NCBI GenBank assembly: GCA_964587775.1 | Contig: CAZPLY010000007.1 | Location: forward strand, 67,621 to 131,620 | DNA length: 64,000 nucleotides | Origin: an uncultured Dokdonella sp. | GTDB taxonomy: Bacteria; Pseudomonadota; Gammaproteobacteria; Xanthomonadales; Rhodanobacteraceae | Reading direction: 5' to 3' | Part shown: positions 9,431 to 19,334 of the stretch, piece after piece | Layout: each line of letters opens with the position of its first letter | How positions within the stretch are numbered: the first letter of the stretch is position 1 | The notes under the pieces: model-generated | Told to the model about the DNA's origin: nothing | Database searches by the model: none | What the model saw: only the letters and a program-made list of their open reading frames with translations | Translations under genes and position numbers: made by a program

Positions 9431-11206
9431 TCAGGCGACATCCCAGGAATAACCTCCGGCCGCGATGCGCGCCTCGGCGATCCCCTCGAGCAGGCCGTCC
9501 TCGTTGCGTTGCATCCCGCGCACGTTGCGCGCCATGCGCCGGCGGGCCTGGCGCGTGAACAACTCGGCGATGTCGAGCGCGTTGTCCGCGGCTGGATCGT
9601 TCTCGCGCACGAGCATGTCGACACGCGAAAGCACGCAGCAGCCGACGAACAAGTCGATTGCGATGTCGGCGATGCGCTTCTGCGCGTGCTGCTCGTCGGC
9701 GATCTGCTTGCCATGCTTCTTCAGCAGCGCGTCGGAGGCCTTCGACAGCTCGACGACGTACTTTTCGTAGGTCGCCGCCGCGGCGCGCAGGCGCGGATGC
9801 AGTTCACGCACGATGCGGTCGGTGCCGACCCCGGTCGTTTCGCGCGCGCGCCGGCTCGCGTAGCCGGTCAGCACGCCGAAGCCCTTGATCGGATCGTTGA
9901 AGATGTTGCCGACCGCGGATTTCAGTTCGCCGAGCGAGGCACCGACATCCTTGAGTCCCGACAGCGCGATGTACAGGCGCAGGATCTCGTTCGTGCCCTC
10001 GAAGATCGTCAGGATGCGCGCATCGCGCACGATCTGTTCGTAGGGAAATTCGCGCATGAAACCGTTGCCGCCGGCGATCTGCAGGGCCTCGTGGCCTGCG
10101 CGCTGGATCGCGTCGCTCGCGAACACCTTGCTGATCGCCGCCTCGACCGAATAGTCGGTGCAGCCCGAATCGATGTAGTGGGCGACCATCCAGACCGCGC
10201 TCTCGGCGGCGAAGCAGTCGACCGTCATCTGCGCGATCTTCTCGCGCACGAGGCCGAACTCGGCGATCTGCTTGCCGAATTGCCGGCGCTCGCTGGCCTG
10301 GGCGATCGCGAGCCGGATCAGGTTGCGCATCCCGCCGACCGCGCCGCCACCGAGTCCGGTGCGGCCGTTGTTGAGGATCGCCATCGCGACCTTGAAGCCC
10401 TTGCCGACGTCACCGAGCACGTTGTCGGCCGGGACGCGCACATCGGCGAACGCGACCGTCGTCGTCGACGAGGCGCGGATGCCCATCTTGTCCTCGTGCG
10501 GCCCGTGGCTGACGCCCGGCCAGGCCGCCTCGACGACGAACGCGGTCATCTTGCCTTCCGGCGTGTCGGTCCGCGCGAACACGGTGTAAAGCCCGGCGAT
10601 GCCGCCGTTCGTGATCCAGATCTTCTCGCCGCTCAAGGTCCAGCTGCCGTCGTCGTTGCGGGTCGCCTTCGTGCGGATCGAGGCTGCGTCGGAGCCGGCG
10701 CCGGACTCGGTCAGGCAGAACGCCGCGATCAATTCGCCGTTCGCGAGCTTCGGCAGGTAGCGCGCCCTCTGTTCGGGCGTGCCGAAAAGCAACAGCCCCT
10801 TCATGCCGATCGAACTGTGCGCGCCGATCGTCAGCGAGACCGAACTGTCGTGCGAGCTGGTCTGCGCGAGCACGCGCGCGTAGGCGGCATTGGACAACTC
10901 GAGGCCTCCGAATTCCTCCGGAATGATCAGGCCGAACAAGCCCATCCCGCGCAGTTCCTCGATGAACTCGGGAGGTTGTTCGGCGATGCGATCCCAATGG
11001 GCGAGGTCGGCGTGTTTCGGGGCCAGGAAACCATCGATCGCATCGAGCATCGGCGCGAGCATCTCGCGATCGCGCTCGCGCATCTTCGGGTACGGGAACA
11101 GGTTCTCCTCGAAGATGTCGCCGAAGAAAAGCTGCTTGGCCGCGCTGCGGTCGCGTTGCAGGGTGTCGGGGGTCGCCGTCCGGTTCGGGGAAACCTCTGC
11201 ATTCAC
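9431..11206 (-). CDS. Acyl-CoA dehydrogenase family protein (long, ~590 aa form)
   Basis: Typical ACAD N/M/C domains (GLFGLIIPEEFGG, AFCLTE..AGSDA, WITNGG, GGNGFMREFPYE..RDARI..I.EGTNEI) plus a C-terminal extension. Start chosen at GTG 11206, with GGAG 9 nt upstream; the track ORF runs to 11275. Confidence 0.85.
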   Translation of the reverse strand: MNAEVSPNRTATPDTLQRDRSAAKQLFFGDIFEENLFPYPKMRERDREMLAPMLDAIDGFLAPKHADLAHWDRIAEQPPEFIEELRGMGLFGLIIPEEFGGLELSNAAYARVLAQTSSHDSSVSLTIGAHSSIGMKGLLLFGTPEQRARYLPKLANGELIAAFCLTESGAGSDAASIRTKATRNDDGSWTLSGEKIWITNGGIAGLYTVFARTDTPEGKMTAFVVEAAWPGVSHGPHEDKMGIRASSTTTVAFADVRVPADNVLGDVGKGFKVAMAILNNGRTGLGGGAVGGMRNLIRLAIAQASERRQFGKQIAEFGLVREKIAQMTVDCFAAESAVWMVAHYIDSGCTDYSVEAAISKVFASDAIQRAGHEALQIAGGNGFMREFPYEQIVRDARILTIFEGTNEILRLYIALSGLKDVGASLGELKSAVGNIFNDPIKGFGVLTGYASRRARETTGVGTDRIVRELHPRLRAAAATYEKYVVELSKASDALLKKHGKQIADEQHAQKRIADIAIDLFVGCCVLSRVDMLVRENDPAADNALDIAELFTRQARRRMARNVRGMQRNEDGLLEGIAEARIAAGGYSWDVA

Positions 11207-11514
11207 GGCCTGGCTCCGGTTCGAAGGGGTAGGGCGCAGTCTCCGCCGCGCACCGATGGCCCGCAAGGGGCGCATCGGCGCGCCACGCGCGCGACGGCAG
11301 GTTCGTGCCGTGGCGCTGAAATGCGGCGACGACCGGAACCTCGAATCCGATGTAGGCTTCCCGCGCAGTGTTGCGACCTCGCGGTGGTCCGACCCGATTG
11401 CGTGAGCGAGCGCGACGCGTGCCGCAGGCGGCGATCCGCGCGAGACAAACCCGCGGTGAACGGCCGCTCAAGATTCCGATGCTGCTACCACCCACCCTCG
11501 ATCACAGGCCGAAC

Positions 11515-12420
11515 ATGCGCACAAGAACTGCCATCGCCGCCCTTGCCGTTGCGGCCCTGTCGATGGCCGCTGCCGCGGTCGATGCGGCGTGTCCGCCGAC
11601 CGGCACAAGCCGAACGGCCATGCTCGCGCTGAAGGATGCAGGGTTCGTCGTCGAGGAGAACAAGGCGCGCAACTCGCTCGCGCTCGGCCTGCTCGATTGC
11701 CTTGCGAGTCCCGATCCGCAATGGCGCGACGGCATCGCCTATGAGGCCCTCGCGCTCTGGATGCGCGAGCAGCGCTTGACCGTCGAGACGATGCAGGCGA
11801 TCCACGCGCGGCTGGCCGCGCGACTCGCGCCGGGCGCATCGGACAAGGCCGGGTTCGGCAAGCCGTTCGCTGCCCTCGTGCTGGCGTCGCTCGTCGCTGC
11901 CGATCGCGAACGGCGCGTGCTTGACGACGAGGCCCATGCCGAACTCGTCGAGATCGCTGCGGGATATTTCGAATCGGTGCGCGATTATCGTGGCTTCGAT
12001 GCGCGTGCGGGCTGGCGCCACGGCGTCGCCCACGGCGCCGACCTGCTGACCCAGTTGGCCGTGCATCCGCGCACGCGCGTCGACGAGGTCGATCGAATCA
12101 TCGGTGCGCTGGCGACCCAGGTCGCCCCGGCGAGCGGGCATTTCTACATCTACGGCGAGCCCGAGCGCATGGCGCTGCCGCTCGTCTACATCGCCCAGCG
12201 CGGCATCTACACGCCCGCGCAATGGCGCGACTGGTTCGCCGCGATCGCCGCGATCCCCGAGGAGGGCTCGCTGTATGCGACGCAGGCTGGCCTGAGTCGT
12301 CGCCACAATCTGCAGGCCTTGCTGCTGGTCCTGCATGTGAACATCAGCGAGTCGGAAGACGAATCGCTGCGCACGAACCTGCTGCCGGTCGTCACCGACG
12401 CGTTGCGCGCGCTGCAGTAG
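11515..12420 (+). CDS. Exported helical-repeat protein, possibly DUF2785-like
   Basis: ATG at 11515 gives MRTRTAIAALAVAALSMAAAAVDA (signal peptide). The rest is alpha-helical repeat-like (SPDPQWRDGIAYEALALWM...). The family name is a recollection, not a search result. Confidence 0.45.
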   Translation: MRTRTAIAALAVAALSMAAAAVDAACPPTGTSRTAMLALKDAGFVVEENKARNSLALGLLDCLASPDPQWRDGIAYEALALWMREQRLTVETMQAIHARLAARLAPGASDKAGFGKPFAALVLASLVAADRERRVLDDEAHAELVEIAAGYFESVRDYRGFDARAGWRHGVAHGADLLTQLAVHPRTRVDEVDRIIGALATQVAPASGHFYIYGEPERMALPLVYIAQRGIYTPAQWRDWFAAIAAIPEEGSLYATQAGLSRRHNLQALLLVLHVNISESEDESLRTNLLPVVTDALRALQ

Positions 12421-13774
12421 GCGAGCGCGCCGGCGCCTGGTGCAGCGCTGCGCGATCATCGACCGCGTCGATGACAGCGTGCCCGCCGCGCACTTCGGTC
12501 AGTTTGCGGTGCGCGCGCGCGAGGACGCCGCCGTTGAACGCCCACAGCAGCGAGATCGCCGCGCCGACCAGGGCCGCAATCGCGGGATGCTGGGCCAGCA
12601 TGTCGATGCCGGCCTTGACCCAGGCGCTGACCGCGTCGGCACCGCGATAGACGACCGTGTCGATGAAGTTCTTGGCCTTGTATTTCGCCTCGACCGGAAC
12701 GGCCGTGAACAGCATTTCGCGGCCCGGGCGCACGAGCGCGTACTCACCGGCGCGGCGCAGCACCATGACGACCGCAAACACGCCGAAAACCGGCGCGAAC
12801 GCGAGCCACAGGAAGCCGCCCGCGATGAGCAACGGAACGGCGACCAGCAGGACGCCGATGCCGAGGCGCTCGGCGATGCGTCCGGCGATGAACAGCTGGG
12901 TCAGGATCGCGAGCGTCTGCACGATCGTGTCGAGCATGCCGAACACGCGGGTCTGGTCGACGCGATCGGGAAAATGCACGGCCACGAGTTGTGCCTGCTC
13001 GAAATAGAGGAAGGTCGTGACGCTGGCCAGCAACAGCACGAACGTCGCAATGCCGAGCAGGTACGGTGATCGCAGCACGGTTGTCGCGCCCGCGAACGGG
13101 CTGCCGCCGAGCGGACGCGCACGTTCGGGCGTGACATCGCCGGGCAACGGGTGGCGGTCGCGCCAGCGCAGCATCGAACGCGCGGCACCGATCGCGCCGA
13201 CCAGCATGAGCGCCGAGAGCACGAGCAGGCCGGCATGGCCGATCGAGCCGACCAGCACGGTGCCGAGGATCGGCCCGGTCAGGCCGCCGAAGCTCGCGCC
13301 GCCGGCCATCATCGCGAACAGGCGTTTGGCCTGGGAGACGACGAAGATGTCGGCGAGCACGCTCCAGGCGACCGAGATCGCGATCAGGTTGAACACCGAC
13401 AACCAAACGTAGAACGTGCGTGCGAACCACAGGTTGTCGGGAGCGACCAGGAAGCCCGCGGCGAACACGAGCAGGTTCGCTGCGAAGAACGCGTACGTCC
13501 ACGGCAGGATGCGCCGGCGCTGCACGCGCGTGGCGAGCCAGCCGTACAGCGGCAGCGCGGCGAGGGTGAAGACGAACGTCGCCGAGAACAGCCACTGCAG
13601 GTTCCTGACGCCGCCGGCGATTCCCATCGTCTCGCGGACCGGGCGCAGCATGAAATAACCGGTGAAGACGAGGAAGAACAGGACGAGGCCGGCGAACACG
13701 ACGCCGGCCTCGTGCGCCTCGACATTGAACAGCCGTGCGAAGCGTTGGCGCAGGGTTCGCGCGGGTGGCGACAT
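12392..13774 (-). CDS. MFS-type transporter resembling the TLC/Npt (ATP:ADP antiporter-like) family
   Basis: 460 aa with about 11-12 TM helices. N-terminal LRPVRETMGIAGG...LQWLF and FYVWLSVFNL...W..LADIF...QAKRLF...GG..GG resemble the TLC signature (FYVW..F......FW.FAN....AKRFY). The 3' end overlaps the convergent 11515..12420 gene by 29 nt. Confidence 0.6.
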   Translation of the reverse strand: MSPPARTLRQRFARLFNVEAHEAGVVFAGLVLFFLVFTGYFMLRPVRETMGIAGGVRNLQWLFSATFVFTLAALPLYGWLATRVQRRRILPWTYAFFAANLLVFAAGFLVAPDNLWFARTFYVWLSVFNLIAISVAWSVLADIFVVSQAKRLFAMMAGGASFGGLTGPILGTVLVGSIGHAGLLVLSALMLVGAIGAARSMLRWRDRHPLPGDVTPERARPLGGSPFAGATTVLRSPYLLGIATFVLLLASVTTFLYFEQAQLVAVHFPDRVDQTRVFGMLDTIVQTLAILTQLFIAGRIAERLGIGVLLVAVPLLIAGGFLWLAFAPVFGVFAVVMVLRRAGEYALVRPGREMLFTAVPVEAKYKAKNFIDTVVYRGADAVSAWVKAGIDMLAQHPAIAALVGAAISLLWAFNGGVLARAHRKLTEVRGGHAVIDAVDDRAALHQAPARSPTAARATRR

Positions 13775-13787
13775 CGTCGAGCCGTGC

Positions 13788-14702
13788 TCAGGCGAATTCG
13801 GCGATCAGCAGGTCGCGCTGGCGCGTGTCGAGGGGGGCGTGGCTACCGGCCTTCAGGTTGTCGCTCTGGCGATCCGGCTTGCCGGTGGCCGGGATGACCG
13901 CGGTCACCTCGGGTGCACCGAGCACGAAGCGCAGGAACAACTGGGCCCACGACGTCGCGCCGGCTTCCGCGGCCCAGGCCGGCAATGGCTTGTCCTTGAC
14001 CACCGCGAACAGCTTGCCGTCGTCGAAGTTGCGGTTCGTCAGCACGGCGATGCCGAGATCGCGCGCGACAGGGAACACGGTCTTCTCGGCAGCGCGCTGG
14101 GTGACCGAATAGTTGATCTGGAGGAAATCGGGCTTCGATTCGCGGACCGCCTCGACGAGTTCGGCATGGGCGCGGTCGACGTAGTGGGTCAGGCCGACGT
14201 AGCGGACCTTGCCTTCGGCCTTCAGCTCCCGTGCGAGTGCGAGCTGGGTGCGCCAGTCGCGCAGGTTGTGCACCTGCAACAGGTCGATCCTGTCGGTGCG
14301 CATGCGCTGCAGCGAGGTCGTGAACTGTTCGAGACCGGCCTCGCGCCCGGTCGTGCCGAGTTTGGTCGCGAGGAAGGCCTGCCCGCGCAGGCCGAGTTCG
14401 GCGAGCAGGTCGCCGAGCACGCTTTCGGCCGGGCCGTACGACGGCGCGGTATCGATCAGGCGCCCGCCACCCGCGAAGAAACGGCGCAGGACTTCGCGCA
14501 GCGGATCGCGTTCAGCGACGGTGCCGCCGACTTCGAAACTGCCCGAAGTGCCCATGCCGATCACCGGCACCGCTTCGCCGGTCGATGGGATCGGGCGCGT
14601 GGACATTCCGGCCGCTGCGGCGGCGAACGCAAACTGCGGCGCAATGAGTGCGCTCATGGCGGCAACCGCGCTGGTGCCGAGGAAGTGACGACGATTCATC
14701 AT
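13788..14702 (-). CDS. Aldo/keto reductase with twin-arginine (Tat) signal peptide
   Basis: ATG at 14702 gives MMNRRHFLGTSAVAAMSALIAPQFAFA (RR-H-F-L Tat motif), followed by an AKR fold (GMGTSGSFE, IDTAPSYG, DLLQVHN, NYS). Confidence 0.85.
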   Translation of the reverse strand: MMNRRHFLGTSAVAAMSALIAPQFAFAAAAAGMSTRPIPSTGEAVPVIGMGTSGSFEVGGTVAERDPLREVLRRFFAGGGRLIDTAPSYGPAESVLGDLLAELGLRGQAFLATKLGTTGREAGLEQFTTSLQRMRTDRIDLLQVHNLRDWRTQLALARELKAEGKVRYVGLTHYVDRAHAELVEAVRESKPDFLQINYSVTQRAAEKTVFPVARDLGIAVLTNRNFDDGKLFAVVKDKPLPAWAAEAGATSWAQLFLRFVLGAPEVTAVIPATGKPDRQSDNLKAGSHAPLDTRQRDLLIAEFA

Positions 14703-14907
14703 GGGCCTGGCCTCGCTGGAATGGACGTGTCGCTGACGTGGCATGCCTCGCTCAGCCACGGCCTGATCGCGGGCGATCGTGAACCCCGACCGCGATACTG
14801 TGCGACAAGTTCAAGCGCGGCATGTGCCATTCGATGAGCCGACCCGCGCGGCGGCCTGCGCGGTGTGGCGGTCGACATGCGCGGCGGCCCGGAACGATAA
14901 TTGCCGC

Positions 14908-17145
14908 ATGACATCCGCCGACCTCGGCGCCGACCCGCTCGATGCGATCCGTGCGCTCCTGCGTGGCGGTCAGCGCGCAAACGCCGAGCAGGCCTGCGAA
15001 TCACTCGTCCGCGCCGAACCTCGAAATGTCGATGCGCGCCTGCTGCTGGCGGCGACGCGCCTCGATCGTGGCGCGCCCGATGCGGCGCTCGCGCCGTTGC
15101 GCGAAGTGCTCGCGATCATGCCCGGGCATGCGCACGCGCGCCTGCAACTCGCCGTCGCCGAGTTCCGCTGCGGCGACCGGCATGCGGCTCGCGCGAACCT
15201 CGAGCACCTGCTCGCCGCGCATCCGGGCGAGGCCTCGGCGGCCTTCCATCTCGGCCTGCTCGACGAGATCGACGGCGATGACGCAGCCGCCGAGCGCCGG
15301 TTCGCGCTGACGCTCGACCTGCAAGCCAACCATGCCGAAGCGGCGGCCCGCCTCGGCCTGCTGCTGCAACGCCAGGGCCGCTTCGCGGAGTCTTCGCAGG
15401 CATTGCTGCGTGCATGGAGCCCGCAGCGACACGAACTTGCCGTGCCGATCGCGCGCGCTTTCCTTGAATCCGCCGACTTCGCCCGCGCGATCGAATTCGC
15501 CGATCTCGCGATCGCGCAGTCGCCCCAGGGAGCGGAAGGCTGGCTCGTGCGCGGCATCGCGTTGCGGCGCACCGGCGAGCCGCTCGAGGCAGGCATCGCC
15601 CTCGCGCATGCGAACCGGCTCGCGCCGGGAAATCCGTTCATCCTGTGCGAACTCGGCTGCAATGCGCGCGACCTCGGCGACTTTGCACGTGGCCAGAACG
15701 CGATCGCGTCCGCGCGGGTGGCGGCTCCGGGTTGGCACGTCCCGCGCTGGCTGCATGCGCTCGGTCTGCCGACGATGCCGGCCGACGAGGCCGAGGCGCA
15801 CGCTGCCGTGGTCGCGTGGTCGGGCGGCGTCGATGGCCTGATTGCCGACCTCGAAGCCGATGTCGGCGATCTGCGCCGCAGCGCGCTCGACGGACTCGAA
15901 CGTTGCCTGCCGTTCGCGCTGCACTACCTTCCGTTCGACACGACGGCGGCGACCTGGCGCTATGGAGATCTCGTCGATACCGTCCTGCGCCATGCGGTCG
16001 CCCCCGGATTGCGCAGCCGGCCGGACTGGCGCGCGCTCGCGCATGGTGGTCGCCTCCGCGTCGGCTTCGTCAGCTGCGAATTGCGCGAGCACACGGTCAT
16101 GCGCTACTTCGCGGCTTGGCTCGAGGGCCTCGATCCATCGGCGATCGAGCTGCATGCCTGGCACCTCGGGAGCGTGCGCGACGCGGTCAGCGAGCGCATC
16201 GCCGCACGGGCCGCGGCGTTCCGGCAGGTACCGGACATGCCGACGCTCGAGCTCGCGGCCGAGATCCGCGCGTGCCAGCTCGATGTGCTCGTCCATCTCG
16301 AGATCGGCATGGACCCGCGCATCCAGATACTGGGCGGCTTGCGCCTCGCCCCCGTGCAATGCGCGGCCTACGGCCACCCGGTCGGCACCGGCTTGCGCGA
16401 AATCGACTTTTTCCTCAGTGGCGATGCGATGGAGCCGGCCAACGCGCAGCAGCATTACCGCGAACGCCTCGTGCGGCTTCCAGGTCTCGGGGTCGTGCCG
16501 TCGCGGCCGCCGCAACCCGGGAAAGACAGCGGGTTGTCGCGCGAGCCGGGCAGGCCACTGCTGCTCTGCCTGCAGAGCCTGTTCAAGCTCGTGCCGGCCT
16601 TCGACGGGATGCTCGCGCGGATCGTCGCGGCGACCGATGCGCAGGTCATCTTCTTCGAGTCTCCGGCCGCATTGGCGCCACGCTTCCTCGAACGCCTAGG
16701 CAGGGCCTTCGCAACCCATCGACTCGCGCTCGATCGACACGTGCAGGTCGTCGGTCGCCGCAGCCATGCCGACTACCTCGGCGGTATCGCAGCGGCCGAC
16801 CTCGTGCTCGACTCGACCGGTTTCTCCGGTGGCGCGACCAGCCTCGACGCGCTCAGCGTCGGCACGCCGATCGTGACTCTCGAAGGCGAGTTCATGCGCG
16901 GGCGCCAGAGTGCGGCCATGTTGCGGCTGCTCGGGGCGGACGAACTGGTCGCCGCCGATGCCGATGCCTACGTCGATCTCGCGATCGCGCTGTGCCGCGA
17001 CGAGGCCCTGCGCGACTCGTTGCGCGCGCGCCTGCGCGCGAATGCCGCGCGCCTGTTCGCCGATGACGAGGTATTGCCGGCCTTGCACGCCTTCCTGTTC
17101 GACGCAGCGCGCAGTTCGGCCACAGGACCGGCGTATCCGGACTGA
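14908..17145 (+). CDS. TPR-repeat protein with C-terminal SPINDLY/O-GlcNAc-transferase-like (GT41-type) domain
   Basis: ATG at 14908. N-terminal half has about 8 TPR-like repeats. C-terminal half (RVGFVSCELREHTVMRYF..., GHPVGTGL..IDFF, LDSTGFSGGATSLDAL..G.P.VTL.G) resembles COG3914-type predicted O-linked GlcNAc transferases. Confidence 0.7.
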   Translation: MTSADLGADPLDAIRALLRGGQRANAEQACESLVRAEPRNVDARLLLAATRLDRGAPDAALAPLREVLAIMPGHAHARLQLAVAEFRCGDRHAARANLEHLLAAHPGEASAAFHLGLLDEIDGDDAAAERRFALTLDLQANHAEAAARLGLLLQRQGRFAESSQALLRAWSPQRHELAVPIARAFLESADFARAIEFADLAIAQSPQGAEGWLVRGIALRRTGEPLEAGIALAHANRLAPGNPFILCELGCNARDLGDFARGQNAIASARVAAPGWHVPRWLHALGLPTMPADEAEAHAAVVAWSGGVDGLIADLEADVGDLRRSALDGLERCLPFALHYLPFDTTAATWRYGDLVDTVLRHAVAPGLRSRPDWRALAHGGRLRVGFVSCELREHTVMRYFAAWLEGLDPSAIELHAWHLGSVRDAVSERIAARAAAFRQVPDMPTLELAAEIRACQLDVLVHLEIGMDPRIQILGGLRLAPVQCAAYGHPVGTGLREIDFFLSGDAMEPANAQQHYRERLVRLPGLGVVPSRPPQPGKDSGLSREPGRPLLLCLQSLFKLVPAFDGMLARIVAATDAQVIFFESPAALAPRFLERLGRAFATHRLALDRHVQVVGRRSHADYLGGIAAADLVLDSTGFSGGATSLDALSVGTPIVTLEGEFMRGRQSAAMLRLLGADELVAADADAYVDLAIALCRDEALRDSLRARLRANAARLFADDEVLPALHAFLFDAARSSATGPAYPD

Positions 17146-17273
17146 ACCATCGCCGGCGGGCGGCGCGCTCTCGGCGCGCGTTCGGCTCCGGTTGCGTCAA
17201 GGATCGGCATGATCCGGAGCCCTTTCGCGGAGGATTCCCCATTTCCACATTCGGCATCGAGGAAGAATTCTTC

Positions 17274-18374
17274 GTGGTCGATCCGGCCACCCGAAACGCG
17301 GTCGCGCGGGTGCCGCGGGCCTTGCTCGATCGCGCGCGCAAGCGTGTCGGCGCCGATCACGTCACTCTCGAGATGCTGCAGGCGCAGATCGAGATCGTCT
17401 CGCCCGTGCTCGAGTCGATGCAGGCCGCGCGGGCGGAGATGACCCGCTTGCGCAACGGCCTCATCGAAGCCGCGCACGAACTCGGTTACCGCGTCCTCGC
17501 CGCCGGTACCCATCCACTCGGCGCCTGGCGCCGGCAGGCGCCGTCGGAGCGACCACGTTACGCCCGCCTGATCGATGACTTCCAGATCGTCGGGCGCCGC
17601 AACCTTTTGTGTGGCCTGCACGTGCATGTCGCCGTCGGCGCCGGAATCGATCGGATCGTGCTGATGAACCGGATGATGCGCTGGCTGCCCGTCTTTCTTG
17701 CCCTCTCGACATCCTCGCCGTTCTGGAGCCGCGAACGGACCGGCCTGCTGAGCTATCGACAGGCCGCGTACGACGAGTGGCCACGGACCGGCATCCCGGA
17801 CTTCTTCGAGTCGCAGGACCAGCACGATGCCTTCGTCGACCTGCTCCGACGCAGCGGATCGATCGACGACGCCGGTTCCCTGTGGTGGGCGATCCGCCCG
17901 GCGGCGGCGTATCCGACCCTCGAATTGCGCATCGCCGATGCCTGTACCGATCTCGAGGACGCGCTCGCGCTCGCGGCGCTGTTCCGCTGCCTCGTGCGCG
18001 CCCACCTGCGACTTTCCCGACTCGGCGCGGTCCGCAGCGCGATGACCCGGCGGATCATCGACGAGAATCGCTGGCGTGCGAAACGCCACGCCATCGACGC
18101 CGAGTTCATCGACGAGGAGCGTGGCACGGTGTTGCCGTTCAGGGAGGTCCTCGCCGAACTGCGCGCGCTCGTCGCCGAGGATGCGCAGGCGCTCGACTGC
18201 GCAGCCGAACTGGCCCATCTCGACGTGATCGTGCACCGCGGGACGAGCGCGAATCGCCAACTCGCACGGTATCGCCAGCGCATCGACGAAGGAATGACGC
18301 GCATTGACGCGCTGCGCGACGTCGTCGACTGGCTCGTCGAAACCAGCGCCCCGCGGCCGCCCGGTCGCGCGTGA
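17274..18374 (+). CDS. ybdK: Carboxylate-amine ligase, YbdK/GCS2 family (5' end unresolved)
   Basis: Collinear with E. coli YbdK (AAGTHP...W, GLHVHV, LALSTSSPFW, WWAIRP...PTLELRIAD). The conserved N-terminal motif FGIEEEFFVVD lies in frame upstream of the first GTG with no canonical start. See the finding at 17146-17276. Confidence 0.8.
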   Translation: MVDPATRNAVARVPRALLDRARKRVGADHVTLEMLQAQIEIVSPVLESMQAARAEMTRLRNGLIEAAHELGYRVLAAGTHPLGAWRRQAPSERPRYARLIDDFQIVGRRNLLCGLHVHVAVGAGIDRIVLMNRMMRWLPVFLALSTSSPFWSRERTGLLSYRQAAYDEWPRTGIPDFFESQDQHDAFVDLLRRSGSIDDAGSLWWAIRPAAAYPTLELRIADACTDLEDALALAALFRCLVRAHLRLSRLGAVRSAMTRRIIDENRWRAKRHAIDAEFIDEERGTVLPFREVLAELRALVAEDAQALDCAAELAHLDVIVHRGTSANRQLARYRQRIDEGMTRIDALRDVVDWLVETSAPRPPGRA

Positions 18375-18441
18375 ATGCCCGGATTGGGCGATCATTCCGC
18401 GTGTCCCCGGCCTGTCACGGGGCGAGGCGGAGCGGAGTCCG

Positions 18442-19248
18442 ATGATGAACGCCGACCACAACCAGAAACTCCTGATCGGCGTTTCGCCGCGCATCCTGCG
18501 TCAGGTGCCGGCCGAACTCGGCTTTCGCGGCAAGACGCTGCAATTCCTCGAACAGTCGGTTGCCCACTGGGTCATGTCGCTCGGGGCGATGGTCGTGATG
18601 GTGCCGACCGTCGAACGCGACAGCCTGATCCGTCCATCACACATCGACATTCCCGACTTCGTCCATTCGCTCGACGGCGTGATCCTGCAAGGCGGCGCCG
18701 ACGTCGATCCGCGCACCTACGGGGAGGAGCCGACCCATGTCGTCGGTGCGGTCGACGCCTTGCGCGACCGCTTCGAACTCGCCCTGATCCGCGGGTTCGC
18801 CGCGGCCGGCAAGCCGGTGTTCGGAATCTGTCGCGGCCACCAGCTCATCAACATCGCCTTCGGCGGCAACCTCTACCAGGACTTGCGCGCGGACGGCGCG
18901 ACGCTCGCCGAACACGTGCACGCCGAAGCGTACGATGAACACGTGCACCCGCTGCGCATCGATCCGGCTGGCTGGTTCGCCTCGCTGTACCCGGGGCTCG
19001 TGGACGCGAAGGTCAATTCGATCCACCACCAGGGCATCCGCCGGATCGGCGCAGGCCTCGTCGCCGAAGCGTGGTCCGACGACGGCGTGATCGAGGCGAT
19101 GCGCGGCAGCGGCGAGGGTTTCATCGTCGGCGTGCAATGGCATCCGGAATTCCACGATGGCCGCGATCCGTCCCTGCTCGCCGCCGATCCGCTCATGCGC
19201 GCGTTCCTCGAGGCAGTTGCCGTGCGCAAGGCCAATCCGCCGACCTGA
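18442..19248 (+). CDS. Class-I glutamine amidotransferase-like gamma-glutamyl hydrolase (peptidase C26, PuuD-like)
   Basis: ATG at 18442 (MMNADHNQ...). Catalytic Cys motif GICRGHQLINIAFGG, and GVQWHPE with the catalytic His/Glu, as in gamma-glutamyl-GABA hydrolase-type enzymes. Confidence 0.8.
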   Translation: MMNADHNQKLLIGVSPRILRQVPAELGFRGKTLQFLEQSVAHWVMSLGAMVVMVPTVERDSLIRPSHIDIPDFVHSLDGVILQGGADVDPRTYGEEPTHVVGAVDALRDRFELALIRGFAAAGKPVFGICRGHQLINIAFGGNLYQDLRADGATLAEHVHAEAYDEHVHPLRIDPAGWFASLYPGLVDAKVNSIHHQGIRRIGAGLVAEAWSDDGVIEAMRGSGEGFIVGVQWHPEFHDGRDPSLLAADPLMRAFLEAVAVRKANPPT

Positions 19249-19334
19249 GCGTGCCGGCTTCAGTCGCGGTTGTCGGAGCCGGCAGCAGGATCGGAGACTT
19301 GCGGCGATCGGCCGTGTCACTCTGGAGATCCATC

